Assembly (NCBI GenBank): GCA_963700985.1
Contig: OY969554.1
Coordinates: 721,331-785,330 of the forward strand
DNA length: 64,000 nucleotides
Direction: 5' to 3'
DNA from: an uncultured Chlamydiales bacterium
GTDB lineage: Bacteria > Chlamydiota > Chlamydiia > Chlamydiales > Rhabdochlamydiaceae
Below are positions 38,876-49,110 of this stretch, in pieces (the first letter of the stretch is position 1; the number at the start of each line of letters is the position of its first letter). Below the pieces are notes generated by a model. That model ran no database searches. It was not told the origin of the DNA and saw only the letters and a program-made list of their open reading frames with translations. The translations under genes were made by a program, and so were the position numbers.

Positions 38876-40407
38876 AAAGATCGCTTAAAAAATGGCTCTA
38901 CATCTCACTTAGTGCAACGCTCGGCAGTTGCATGGTTGGACCTAACTATAAGCCTCCAGAAGATACTATCTCTGAAGAGTGGAATGGCACGCCCGAAAAC
39001 ACAGATGCTCATTTTACTGATGCCGATTTTAATACTGCTTGGTGGCAAGTTTTTGAAGATAAAACTCTTGATATGTGCATAGAGCTTGCCGCTAACAACA
39101 ATAAAACGTTGATGGTTGCAGAAGCCAATATTCTGCATGCACGCGCCCTAAAAATGGTGGCCGCAGCTCCCCTCTTTCCACAAATCAATGCGGATTTCAA
39201 CGCCACCAAAACCTATTTCAGTAAAAATGGACCGATCTTTGCGGCTAGCACCTTCACACAAGGCACAAATCCAACCACTGGCCTGCCCTTCGAAGTCGAA
39301 GTCCCCCAGATCCAGCCGTTGTATAACGCGCTCTTTGATGCCTCTTGGGAGATCGATCTCTTTGGCAAAACACGCCGCAACGTCGAGGCAGCAGAAGCCA
39401 AAATTGGCTCAGCGATTGAACTCAGAAATGATGTTCTGGTTTCACTGCTGGCAGAGGTTGCCAAAAATTATATCGAGATCCGCAGCAATCAAAGACAAGC
39501 GGAGTTGGTGGAAAGAAATATTCATCTTTTGGAAAAGCAGTCTGAGATTACGCGCAAAAGCTTTCAAAAAGGATTAGATAATCAACTAGATTATGAAAAT
39601 ATTGAAGCCCAACTTGCTAGCGCACGCTCTACTCTTCCCAACCTCATTGCACAAGTTTATCAAGGGATCTATGTCATCAGTGTCTTAACAGGTAATATGC
39701 CTGAAGAATTGTTAGATGAACTGCTGCCTATAAAGCCCTTACCAAAACTGCCAGAAGAGATCGCTATCGGCATCCGCTCAGACCTCCTGCGTCGCAGGCC
39801 CGACGTGCGCCTTGCAGAACGCGTGCTTGCAGCGTCTACTGCCACAGTCGGTGTGGCCGTCGCATCGTTCTATCCTACCATTACGCTTAGTGGTGACGGA
39901 GGTTTTCAATCGTTAAAAATCGGCAACCTCTTCCGTATGCATAGCAGAACCTGGTCGGTCGGTGGCGACATCAATCTCCCCGTCTTTCAAGGCGGACGCC
40001 TTGTGGGCAACCTGCGTGCTAGCCGAGCCGTTGCCGAAGGCGCAGCCTATGCGTATCAGCAAGCCGTTTTATCCGCCGTACAAGAAGCAGAAAGCGCACT
40101 TGTCTCTTATTCTGAACAGCTCGTTACTACGCATGCGCTTGCCGAGGTCACTCAGCGCAATCGCACTCTCGTGGCACTTACCAAACAAAGACATGAAAAA
40201 GGCCTAGTGAACTTACCCACTCTTCTAACCAGCGAACAGCTACTGATCACAGCCGAAATAAGCCAGCTCAATAGCGATACCACGGCACTTACCGATCTCG
40301 TCTCGCTTTATAAAGCTTTAGGCGGCGGCTGGGAGCCAGTTGAGGAAGAGAAGAGCGCGGAGGGAGCAACCGACGAAGTGGACGTGAATGAACAGGAAAT
40401 GGACTAA
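38872..40407 (+). CDS. NodT/TolC-family outer-membrane efflux lipoprotein
   Basis: GTG at 38872 overlaps the upstream stop (GTGA), with AGGAGG 6 nt upstream. Lipobox LSATLGSC followed by GPNYKPP, typical of NodT-type OMFs. The track start at 38803 was rejected. Confidence 0.85.
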   Translation: MKRSLKKWLYISLSATLGSCMVGPNYKPPEDTISEEWNGTPENTDAHFTDADFNTAWWQVFEDKTLDMCIELAANNNKTLMVAEANILHARALKMVAAAPLFPQINADFNATKTYFSKNGPIFAASTFTQGTNPTTGLPFEVEVPQIQPLYNALFDASWEIDLFGKTRRNVEAAEAKIGSAIELRNDVLVSLLAEVAKNYIEIRSNQRQAELVERNIHLLEKQSEITRKSFQKGLDNQLDYENIEAQLASARSTLPNLIAQVYQGIYVISVLTGNMPEELLDELLPIKPLPKLPEEIAIGIRSDLLRRRPDVRLAERVLAASTATVGVAVASFYPTITLSGDGGFQSLKIGNLFRMHSRTWSVGGDINLPVFQGGRLVGNLRASRAVAEGAAYAYQQAVLSAVQEAESALVSYSEQLVTTHALAEVTQRNRTLVALTKQRHEKGLVNLPTLLTSEQLLITAEISQLNSDTTALTDLVSLYKALGGGWEPVEEEKSAEGATDEVDVNEQEMD

Positions 40408-40477
40408 ATGGACCCGCGCAGAAGATCCGTTTTTCCATTTAAAGGCGGGATCCACCGTCTTCATCAGGCAACAATTA

Positions 40478-41053
40478 TTACGGGTTCACGATGTAAAAGG
40501 TGCTTCCTAAACAGCTGAATTGCTTAGATGCTGGTATGGGCATGTCTCTAAAGGCGGATTTAAACTGATCTGGTGTCATTTGTTGCAGGCTATTGACAAG
40601 ACCATTATCTTGGGTAATGCGCCAACGCGTATCGTAAAGTGGATCACATATATTCCAGCAATAAGCGCTTAAAAAAGAGATGAACTTTTTAAAAACAGCG
40701 ATAATCACTGTAATAATACTTGTCTCCCACTCCAAGTTGTCCGTGCTTTCATAGTAGCGACGCAATATATTAACTGCTTCTAGTCCATGTCGCCTGCTTG
40801 TAATATTATAATCGCTTCTAGCAAATTCTCTTTGGCAGACTTCAATAAATCTGCTTGCAAACTCATCAAGAGATACTGATTCACTGGGCTTTCCCCATTG
40901 TGTAATGGGCGGGTCCCATTGCGCACACGAATGTCCATCACACGAAAGTGACTTTGTTCCCCAAAAACTAACGCTTTCTCTCGAAACCATCAAAATCTCT
41001 AAAAAATCGCTTAGCCTTACATAGGGATCTTGAATTACATCCGACAATAACAT
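40478..41053 (-). CDS. hypothetical protein
   Basis: 191-aa ORF, Cys/Trp-rich, no recognisable motif. Confidence 0.4.
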   Translation of the reverse strand: MLLSDVIQDPYVRLSDFLEILMVSRESVSFWGTKSLSCDGHSCAQWDPPITQWGKPSESVSLDEFASRFIEVCQREFARSDYNITSRRHGLEAVNILRRYYESTDNLEWETSIITVIIAVFKKFISFLSAYCWNICDPLYDTRWRITQDNGLVNSLQQMTPDQFKSAFRDMPIPASKQFSCLGSTFYIVNP

Positions 41054-41136
41054 AAATCCACCCTTAAATTTTAAAAATATGAAGATCCATTATTTGGACC
41101 CGAATTGGAGTTTTGCAACTGGCTCTGTAGCGTTTT

Positions 41137-43050
41137 TTATCCTATGAATTCTTTAATCAGGGTGATTAGGTGTGACGAGTAAATGATGCAATACTCGTGT
41201 CCTCGAGCAATGGGAACATCGGAACCGAAAGTGTTAGAATCTAAAATACCTTGAATAAGATCTCTTCGAAAATATCTATTCGAGTCGAAGCAGGATAGAA
41301 TTGTTGCTTCGAGCTCATCTTTTGCCTTGGTGCGATATTTTTGCTGCTCTTCGGGAACCCATTCTTTGACAACTTCCGCGGCCTGATCTCTTATTCCTCT
41401 AGAATAACGAGAAAAACTGCTTTTCATAGGACGATCAGCGTAAAACGTCCTAGGCTCCATAACAGTCAGTCCTTTAACAAAGTTAACTCGCTGATTAACA
41501 AAATCATTACTTAGGAAGCTTTGCGATTTAGACAGATAGCTGTGATAAAGAGTTTCCACAATATCGCCAACTAATCCTCTCTCTTCCAAATTTTTCAGTA
41601 CAATTCTAGTCACCCCATCCAATCTATTACGTCCGGGCATCTCTGTCACGTAAGACCAAGGAAAATCAATTAGGGGTCTGTATGGTTGAAGTTGAAGTCC
41701 TTCTTCTTTGTGTGCTGCACGAGCTACCTGCACACAAAAGTTAGCCCCTTCACCCCGACCAGCTTGTGATCCCCATAATTCCCATTTCTTTTTTGGCTTA
41801 AGTGCATTGTGCGCCTCCCAAAGTTTCATCTCTTTATCTCTTCCATTATTTTCATAGAGAGAAAGAAAAAGCGCGCATTCAGGAGGGTAAAGGACATCTC
41901 TTCCATAAATGGTAAAAGTTGCTTGTGCTGATTTAAAAACACTCTCAAGCTTTCTAATTGCTTGTAAAAACGGCTTCACCGTACGTCTGTCTAGATCATC
42001 GGCTACAAAGGGCTTTTTCTTTTTGCTCGTAATTGCTCTAACTTCATCTTGCAGTTTTTCATAGTGATCTAAAGCAGAATGAATATCTTGTGAGCGCGAC
42101 ATACTGTTCTTAAGAACATAGATATTTCTGGAAATGATCCCTTTAAACTTGTCATGCAAAGGCGACACCTCCTGCAAATCGTCTGGAAAGCACTGATAGT
42201 GAACAGTAAAACTTCTGCTCGCTAAAGAGAAAGCCGTTTTGGCCATTCTGTCATATTCATTTTCAATCTTAACGCCTATCAATTCCAACTTCGACAGTAT
42301 ATTTTCTGGGGAGGAAATGTTATACCCATAGAAGCCTCCAGTAATCACTGCAGCCTCTTTTTTTTGCCAGTGATCTACCAATTTTTTTAAAGCTTCTTTT
42401 GTAATTTCCGTATCTGGGTCGAGAAATAGAAGTCTGACAGTTGAATTTGATAGCTTTTGCGCTCCATCTATTGCCTCGCCAATAGCTTTTTTTGTCTGAT
42501 CGCTATAGAGAAGCTTATTTCTAATCTCTACAAAATTAGTCTCTCCTTTGGCTGGCTTCCAGGCATATCCAACAACTGATACAGATTTCACATTCTTCCA
42601 CTCTTCTTTGGCTAAACGTACATTGAGCTGTTCTGCATCTTGTTCAACTGAGCTACCTTGGTTACCATTTGATGAACGATTCAAGCCAAAAACCACAAAA
42701 AACGGGAAGTCACTCGAGTCTATTCCTTCTAGCATATTGAGACACTTTCTTATGCTCTCCCAAGCTTGCTGTGTATCTTTAAACTGTATTGGAACATTAA
42801 CCACGATTTTGATGTGGCCAAAGCGGCGAGAAGTCGCATCGAATGCTGGCGCTAAGTTTATAACTCTAGAATTTACGAGGGAATTATCGTGAGAGATATT
42901 GAGATCTCTTACTATATCTGGATCATCTGGTAATGGTAGGCGTTCTGATTGAGGATCGTATTGTCGAACTACTGGCTCTGCATAGGGTTCTTCAGGCAGG
43001 GGCAACATTTCCCGACCATAATTTTGACCCTGACCAATTCTTGTCGACAT
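41137..43050 (-). CDS. hypothetical protein, possible GT-A fold glycosyltransferase (DxD)
   Basis: 637 aa. Disordered Pro-rich N-terminus; IKIVVNVP strand, FFVVFGLN, then VRLLFLDPDTEIT (DxD-like) in GT-A-like order. The assignment is weak. Confidence 0.35.
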   Translation of the reverse strand: MSTRIGQGQNYGREMLPLPEEPYAEPVVRQYDPQSERLPLPDDPDIVRDLNISHDNSLVNSRVINLAPAFDATSRRFGHIKIVVNVPIQFKDTQQAWESIRKCLNMLEGIDSSDFPFFVVFGLNRSSNGNQGSSVEQDAEQLNVRLAKEEWKNVKSVSVVGYAWKPAKGETNFVEIRNKLLYSDQTKKAIGEAIDGAQKLSNSTVRLLFLDPDTEITKEALKKLVDHWQKKEAAVITGGFYGYNISSPENILSKLELIGVKIENEYDRMAKTAFSLASRSFTVHYQCFPDDLQEVSPLHDKFKGIISRNIYVLKNSMSRSQDIHSALDHYEKLQDEVRAITSKKKKPFVADDLDRRTVKPFLQAIRKLESVFKSAQATFTIYGRDVLYPPECALFLSLYENNGRDKEMKLWEAHNALKPKKKWELWGSQAGRGEGANFCVQVARAAHKEEGLQLQPYRPLIDFPWSYVTEMPGRNRLDGVTRIVLKNLEERGLVGDIVETLYHSYLSKSQSFLSNDFVNQRVNFVKGLTVMEPRTFYADRPMKSSFSRYSRGIRDQAAEVVKEWVPEEQQKYRTKAKDELEATILSCFDSNRYFRRDLIQGILDSNTFGSDVPIARGHEYCIIYSSHLITLIKEFIG

Positions 43051-43242
43051 AGAAGATCCAACTTGCAGTATTAAATTGTATTTAAAAAAGGGGAAGATGT
43101 TAAGGCAGCAAGAATTTATTTACAATGAGTAGAAACAACCTAAACGACAATGATCATTATCTCTTGTCGTTTTGGTCTTTAAGGTCGTTTGTGTCCTTAA
43201 TGTCCTTTCTCCACTTCGTCCATTATTCTTCCCGCACTCTCT

Positions 43243-44376
43243 TTATTCACGAGAATCTTTTTCGACGAGTTCCATATCATCTTTGCTCGAACTTTTTGCA
43301 TTAGCAAACAAGGACGCTTCCCACTGAGCGAGCTTGGGTGTGGGTGGAGAGGGTGGTCGCTCTGGCAGCGATTCCTCAGCTTCTCTTATTTTCTTTTTCA
43401 GCAATGCGTTAGCTTTACTTGCTATCTCTTCTCGCTGCTGCGTAGATTGAATGTTGGGCGTGCTTCTCTGGTATTTCAGATGAGGATAGGGCCCGGGGTA
43501 GCATTGCAATGCGCCAAGGATCTTTCCAAAAAAACCCGTGATCTTTGCGAGATAATTGATGTTCCACTCTAAAAACGAAAAATATGATCCATAAAACTTC
43601 AATAATGATGGACCATCAGCAAGGGTGGCTACAAGTGGCTTGTCGTTAAACAAATTGGGAAATTCAATCTTTGAGGCTTTTCTTTTGATCTGCTCACGTT
43701 GCTGATCTAAAAAATAGCAATCACCCATGAAATTCCTTTGCCGTTTATATGGATTACATCTTTCAAAAAGCCGTAGAAAAATCGCATAGTCTTGTGCATA
43801 GCCTGTTTGTGCAATGTCTCCTTCAATACTCTCTTGCTTGACAACAAGCAGCCCTCGATCCTCATCTCGGGTAGTAAGAAGACGATCGATGAATTTCCAT
43901 ATAAGATCGCGCACTCGACGAGAAGCTAGTTTCTCGGGGTCTTCTAAAAAATCCAGAAAATGAGACGCAAACCTTACGGCATATTTCTGATATTTTTCAG
44001 TTAGGATAAAACTCTCTTTTCGAAGACGCGAAGTTTGCTCATTGATGAAATTTTGTATAGGCGTCTCTCGAGCATCTTGCTCTCTATCAAAAAGATCAAG
44101 TTTAGGAAGTTTAGAACAATCAAATATTGTAGGTGGGTGTTCCTTTCCAAAACCCTTCAAAATTTCCTGTAACTTCAGATGGTCAGGAAGGCACTGCTTA
44201 CTTTGAATATCGGCCACATGAGTCTTAACAGATTTGAAAGCAGATGAAATCTTATGTTTCGTGTGCTCGATCTTGTGTTCCCGGTCTGAAAAATCTCGTT
44301 GAGGTATTTCTAAGGGAGCAAGTCGAAAATTCATTGCATTAGAGCGACGAAGAACTGCATCTGAAGGGAAAGCCAT
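43243..44376 (-). CDS. hypothetical protein
   Basis: 377-aa ORF starting 5 nt after the rlmD-like stop. No motif; Pro-rich C-terminal tail. Confidence 0.45.
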   Translation of the reverse strand: MAFPSDAVLRRSNAMNFRLAPLEIPQRDFSDREHKIEHTKHKISSAFKSVKTHVADIQSKQCLPDHLKLQEILKGFGKEHPPTIFDCSKLPKLDLFDREQDARETPIQNFINEQTSRLRKESFILTEKYQKYAVRFASHFLDFLEDPEKLASRRVRDLIWKFIDRLLTTRDEDRGLLVVKQESIEGDIAQTGYAQDYAIFLRLFERCNPYKRQRNFMGDCYFLDQQREQIKRKASKIEFPNLFNDKPLVATLADGPSLLKFYGSYFSFLEWNINYLAKITGFFGKILGALQCYPGPYPHLKYQRSTPNIQSTQQREEIASKANALLKKKIREAEESLPERPPSPPTPKLAQWEASLFANAKSSSKDDMELVEKDSRE

Positions 44377-44381
44377 AGTTT

Positions 44382-45695
44382 TTATATCCTATTCTTTATG
44401 AGCTGAACAACGCATTCAACATGCGCGGTCTGCGGAAACATGTCAAACGGTTGAATAGCGGTTAATGTATAGCCTTTTGTGCAGAGGTATTGAAGATCGC
44501 GCGCCAGTGTTGCTGGATCACAAGAGACGTAGACGATACGGCGTGGCGCCAGGCGTGCTAGAGTTTCTAAAAATGCGCCTTCACAGCCTTTTCTGGGAGG
44601 ATTAATCACAGCGACATCGACCTGTTCAAGTGTAGAAATAAATTCTTCGGCTTGTGCGCAGGTAAATCGGGTGTTTCTAATTGCGTTACGCTTAGCATTT
44701 TCCTGAGCATCGCCGATCGCATCAGGTACACACTCAACCCCAATCACTTCTTTAGCTTGTTTCGCGAGAATTAGCGCCAGTGTGCCGACGCCGCAATAAG
44801 CATCCAGCACGATCTCTTCGCCTGTCAGTTCGGCAAATTCAGAGACGCGTTCATAGAGCTGCTCGGCTTGAGCCGGATTAACCTGAAAAAAAGAACTTGG
44901 AGAGACTTTAAACAGCAGTCCATGCAGTCGCTCTTCGATCCAATCTTGGCCTAGAAGCTTGCGGAAGTGGCGGCTGAGCACGACGTTGCTATCTGCTGGG
45001 TTGATGTTCTGCACCACGCCCTTGATTTCGGGCATGCCTATCATGATCATCTCGGCAAGCGCCAATAATGGCTCATTGCTAGCGGTGACTAAGACCACCA
45101 AGATCTCTTTTGTATTCACAGCAGTCTTGATTAAGACATGTTTTAGCTCGCCTTCCAGCGGAAATGTTTTGATGCAGCGTTGAATATGTTGAAAAGCCTT
45201 TTCACCTAATGCGCAATGGATATGACACTGATCGATGGGGATGAGATCGTGCGTATTGTGCGCATAAAGCCCGAGGCTCAAACCCGCGCCAACCGGCAAC
45301 TGAATTTTATTTCGATAGCCAAGCGGCGTTGGAGATGGAATACAAAGCGCTACATCCACTCCTGCAAACTTACCGATGCGCTCGAGTGCATCGACTACGC
45401 GTTGTCTTTTGGTCTCTAATTGCTGATCATAGCTAAGATGCATCAGCTGACAGCCGCCGCACTTTCCAAAAAGTGCGCAGACAGGTTTTACGCGATGTGG
45501 AGAGGTTTCAAGATGCTGAATAACTTCAGCTCTTCCAAAGGTCTTGCGGCTCTCGGAAATGCGCGCACGCACGAGTTCACCTGGGAGTGCGTCATCAACG
45601 AAAAGCGTAAAGCCATCTAAACGTGCGACGCCTTCGCCGTTAATACCCAATCGCTCGATGCGAAGTTCAACTTCTTGATCAATTTGAGGTTTCAT
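44382..45695 (-). CDS. rlmD: 23S rRNA (uracil-C5)-methyltransferase, RlmD/RumA type
   Basis: TRAM domain, Fe-S cysteines CALFGKCGGC, SAM motif LDAYCGVGTLAL, NPPRKG and catalytic VSCDPATLARD. Confidence 0.85.
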   Translation of the reverse strand: MKPQIDQEVELRIERLGINGEGVARLDGFTLFVDDALPGELVRARISESRKTFGRAEVIQHLETSPHRVKPVCALFGKCGGCQLMHLSYDQQLETKRQRVVDALERIGKFAGVDVALCIPSPTPLGYRNKIQLPVGAGLSLGLYAHNTHDLIPIDQCHIHCALGEKAFQHIQRCIKTFPLEGELKHVLIKTAVNTKEILVVLVTASNEPLLALAEMIMIGMPEIKGVVQNINPADSNVVLSRHFRKLLGQDWIEERLHGLLFKVSPSSFFQVNPAQAEQLYERVSEFAELTGEEIVLDAYCGVGTLALILAKQAKEVIGVECVPDAIGDAQENAKRNAIRNTRFTCAQAEEFISTLEQVDVAVINPPRKGCEGAFLETLARLAPRRIVYVSCDPATLARDLQYLCTKGYTLTAIQPFDMFPQTAHVECVVQLIKNRI

Positions 45696-45817
45696 ATCGA
45701 AAATTATACTCTATAGACCAAAGATTTGCATGGAGAAAATGACATATTAATTTTTACTTTAAAGCTTCCTCTTATAGCATTGCTTTTATCAACATATTTT
45801 CTTACATTTACCGCTTT

Positions 45818-45981
45818 AGAGGGTGCCTACAAACTAGACCTTCGATATTTGGAAGCTTTTCGCGATCTTTTTCCGCCTCCTCCTCAGCCATGTCATCTCG
45901 ACATTGTCTTCGTGGGAGGAGAAAAAATCTCATCGAAAAGCTCCTCAAATCTCTAAAGGGTCTACTTTGTAGGCACCCTCT
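45818..45981. repeat. 164-bp near-perfect palindromic element in a divergent promoter region
   Basis: Outer arms agagggtgcctacaaactagacc (45818-45840) and gggtctactttgtaggcaccctct (45958-45981). Inner arms gaagcttttcgcgatctttttccgcctcctcc and gggaggagaaaaaatctcatcgaaaagctcc. Confidence 0.8.
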
Positions 45982-46000
45982 TCTTAATCTTGGATTGCTT

Positions 46001-48031
46001 ATGAAACAACTTATGTGTGTACTTTTTATGTCAATGCTCTGTTCGACTGCCCAACCTACTGATAAACAATGGTCTCCAGCCGAGATGATGAAAGTAAAAT
46101 CCATCTCAGACGTCCAGATTGCACCCGGAAATCAGGAGGTGTTCTTTGTGGTAGGCAGTGCTGTTATGGATGATGAAAAGAGCATAAATATCTCCAGAAT
46201 TTACAAAGCTCGTGATAAGGGTAACGCAGATGCAGTAGCTTTAACTGAGGCTGATAGTTCTGCGAGCATGCCACGCTTATCGCCGGATGGAAAATGGGTT
46301 GCCTTTCTTTCAAATCGAAATGGTGGCGTGAAAAATCTCTACCTTATGCATCCAGATGGCGGTGAAACCATTAAGCTAGCTGAAGGCAAAAAAGATGTGC
46401 TCTCTTTTCGTTGGGCACCAGATAGCCAACAAATAGCTTTTGTGATGGAAGATGAAACAGCTTTAGCAAAAAAGCAAAAAGCTCCTTCTGCTGCTTATGT
46501 TTACAAAGAAGAAAAAAGCGTAAATCGCCTTTGGTTGATTAACGTTCTTGAACCTAAGCAATCTCCCCGACCGCTTACATCAGATGAATATTGCGTACGC
46601 GGGGGTGGAGATTTTGGAACGCTCAATGAAGATTTCGACTGGTCACCCGATAGCAAAACTCTTGTTTTTGCCTACAATTCAAACCCCAGTTTAGATAACT
46701 ATTATCTCGATGGAAGTTTGGCCACATTAGATCTGGCTTCAGGAAAGATCACGCCTTGGGAAAAAAAAGGGGAAAAAAAAGCCTATTATGAAGCGCTGCC
46801 GCGCTTCTCTCCAGATGGTAAATGGGTGGCCTATCTCAGCGCTGACTCAACGGAGAAGTATGCCTTACTTAGAAAGGTAACCATACGCTCTGCGGATGGG
46901 AAAAATTTCCAGCAGCTGGCACCAAATGCTATCGAAGGGCCTCTTTTAGCCGGTCCCAGCCTTTTGGGGTGGACTTCAGATAGCAAAAATGTGCTCTTCT
47001 ACGAACCGAAGTGCACAAAATTTAGAATCGTAAGCTTATCTCTGGATGGTGTTTCCACAACTGACCTTGAAGTTGATGAATATTTCATTAAAGAGCCGGT
47101 ATTGAGCCCCGACCGCAGCCTACTCGGATTCGTCTATCAAGCCCCCTCCATTCCACCTGAAGTGTATATTGCTAAACTGAACGAATTCAAACCTCACCAA
47201 GTTTCGCATCTCAACGATGCATTCCTGTCGTATCCGGAATTTAAAACTGAGTCAGTGCATTGGAAGTCGAAGGATGGCTTAGAAATCGAAGGCCTGCTCA
47301 CTTTCCCTCCCAATTACCAGAAAGGTAAAACCTATCCTTTACTACTCGTGATCCATGGCGGGCCTCAATCTTTCTTCGATCAGACCTATTTAGGCATGTC
47401 TGCTGTTTATCCTCTCGCAGCTTTTGCTCAGCAAGGCTTTTTGATTTTCAGACCCAATCCGCGCGGTTCATGCGGTTATGGAAAAGCTTTCCGCTGTGCG
47501 AATTACAATGATTGGGGCGGCAAAGATTTTGAAGATATTATGTCGGGTGTGGATGCTCTGATCAGCCAAGGCATCGCCGATAAAAACCGCACTGGAATTA
47601 TGGGCTGGAGCTATGGAGGTTTTATGACTGCCTGGACTATTACCCAGACAGGACGCTTTAAAGCAGCATCCATGGGCGCGGGCCTAAGTAACCTGATTAG
47701 CATGTCCGGCACAACTGATCTAGTCAGTTTTATATCGGACTACTTCAGCGGTGAATTCTGGCAAAAATCTGAGCTCTTTCAAAAACGCTCGCCTGTCTAT
47801 CATGTGCAGAATGTAACCACGCCTTGCCTTATTCAACATGGAACTGATGACAAGCGCGTGCCTGTTGCCCAAGCCTATGAATTTTATCATGCACTTGACA
47901 GGGCTGGGAAAAATCCCCTGTTGGTTCTCTATCCCGGTATGAACCACCGCATCTTCGATCCCAAAATGCTGCTCGAAGCCATGGAGCGCAACTTAGCCTG
48001 GTTCCAAAAACATCTCAGTGCTGAGAATTGA
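46001..48031 (+). CDS. S9-family serine peptidase (prolyl oligopeptidase / acylaminoacyl-peptidase type)
   Basis: Signal peptide MKQLMCVLFMSMLCSTA, beta-propeller region, catalytic GWSYGG, DDKRVP and NHRI. The track start at 45890 lies inside the palindrome and was rejected. Confidence 0.85.
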   Translation: MKQLMCVLFMSMLCSTAQPTDKQWSPAEMMKVKSISDVQIAPGNQEVFFVVGSAVMDDEKSINISRIYKARDKGNADAVALTEADSSASMPRLSPDGKWVAFLSNRNGGVKNLYLMHPDGGETIKLAEGKKDVLSFRWAPDSQQIAFVMEDETALAKKQKAPSAAYVYKEEKSVNRLWLINVLEPKQSPRPLTSDEYCVRGGGDFGTLNEDFDWSPDSKTLVFAYNSNPSLDNYYLDGSLATLDLASGKITPWEKKGEKKAYYEALPRFSPDGKWVAYLSADSTEKYALLRKVTIRSADGKNFQQLAPNAIEGPLLAGPSLLGWTSDSKNVLFYEPKCTKFRIVSLSLDGVSTTDLEVDEYFIKEPVLSPDRSLLGFVYQAPSIPPEVYIAKLNEFKPHQVSHLNDAFLSYPEFKTESVHWKSKDGLEIEGLLTFPPNYQKGKTYPLLLVIHGGPQSFFDQTYLGMSAVYPLAAFAQQGFLIFRPNPRGSCGYGKAFRCANYNDWGGKDFEDIMSGVDALISQGIADKNRTGIMGWSYGGFMTAWTITQTGRFKAASMGAGLSNLISMSGTTDLVSFISDYFSGEFWQKSELFQKRSPVYHVQNVTTPCLIQHGTDDKRVPVAQAYEFYHALDRAGKNPLLVLYPGMNHRIFDPKMLLEAMERNLAWFQKHLSAEN

Positions 48032-48923
48032 TGAGTTCTTCGATCCAATAGGCAAGGTACTCTTTACCTCGGATCTTGAGGAGCCAGCTTTCTGGGATTC
48101 CTTGGACACCGAAATGTGCTCCGAGCCAGGCGCCGAGCATGCCGCCGCGTCCTGCGCTGTCGCCGCCTGCGCGTACGTTAGTGAGCAGCGTCTTCTCGAA
48201 AGAGCTCTCGCTATGCAAAGCTAAAAAGACTGCTCCAGGAAAGGTGTCGCTAAGGTGGCAGGTCAGACCAAACTTCTGCAAAACTTCAAGCGGTGCCTTA
48301 TCTTTTGAATTTAGTGCTGCTTGAATACTCTGGCCTGCAATAGGATCCTTACTCTCTTTTTCAAAACTTTCGCGCAAGCTCCCGCCTTTAAGCAAGCTTT
48401 CTAAAATACGTGCGTTGCATTGCATATATCCGATTGCTTTCGGGTTGTTTTGACTGACTGCTGTCGCTTCAAGAACCTTGTTCTTAAGTTCTGGGCTGCC
48501 TAAATAAAATGCCACTAGTGGTGCAAGACGTGATGCCGTGGCCATCTCATCATCATCCGTGCCAGATGGAAGCAGATTGCGTGCCATGTTTTCTAATGTG
48601 CCACGCGTTGCGGAGTCGAGATAGCCTTTATAAAAAGGCGATCCAAAAATCCCTTTAAAGCGCTTGGAAAAATCTGCCACCTCGAACTGCTTACGTTCGG
48701 CAATAGACATGAGCATCATACGGCAGCCTTCGCCATAATGCGTCGAATCACCACTGACTTTCCCTGCGTGGTAATGGCCAGCTTTAGGTGTTTCAAAACC
48801 CTTGATCTCAGGGAATTCTTGTCTCATCTTCTCTGCATCATAGATCCAATGTGCACCCAATGCCACGGCATCGCCTACCAGCTGTCCCCAAATCGCGCCT
48901 TTAATCCGCTCTCTCTTATCCAT
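48015..48923 (-). CDS. ADP-ribosylglycohydrolase family protein
   Basis: N-terminal GQLVGDAVALGAHW and C-terminal GGDSAGRGGMLGAWLGAHFG match the ARH/DraG metal-binding motifs. Confidence 0.8.
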   Translation of the reverse strand: MDKRERIKGAIWGQLVGDAVALGAHWIYDAEKMRQEFPEIKGFETPKAGHYHAGKVSGDSTHYGEGCRMMLMSIAERKQFEVADFSKRFKGIFGSPFYKGYLDSATRGTLENMARNLLPSGTDDDEMATASRLAPLVAFYLGSPELKNKVLEATAVSQNNPKAIGYMQCNARILESLLKGGSLRESFEKESKDPIAGQSIQAALNSKDKAPLEVLQKFGLTCHLSDTFPGAVFLALHSESSFEKTLLTNVRAGGDSAGRGGMLGAWLGAHFGVQGIPESWLLKIRGKEYLAYWIEELINSQH

Positions 48924-48980
48924 AAACTAAACCTAGCCTCACTAAAATATTGTAGTAATTCTTGCCCAAAAGACCTAATC

Positions 48981-49100
48981 AAACCACAGAGGCACAGTGA
49001 ACACAGAGGAAAAAACAATACCCTCTCGGCTTCGCTGAGGTTTGCGAGGCCGGAGAATGTCCTTTTCTTAACTCTGTGTTCTCTGTGCCTCTGTGGTTAA
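48981..49100. repeat. nested palindromic intergenic element, family A copy 2
   Basis: aaaccacagaggcacagtgaacacagagg ... ctctgtgttctctgtgcctctgtggttaa. The termini match copy 1 at 7961-8131. The internal part also contains a cctc..cttcgc..gagg hairpin. Confidence 0.8.
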
Positions 49101-49110
49101 ATTCTTTCTA

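Noticed and set aside
45726-46104. Track ORFs 45726..45956 (+) and 45808..46104 (-)
   Set aside because: Both are mirror-image products of the 164-bp palindrome and the peptidase leader. They have no RBS and no motif.
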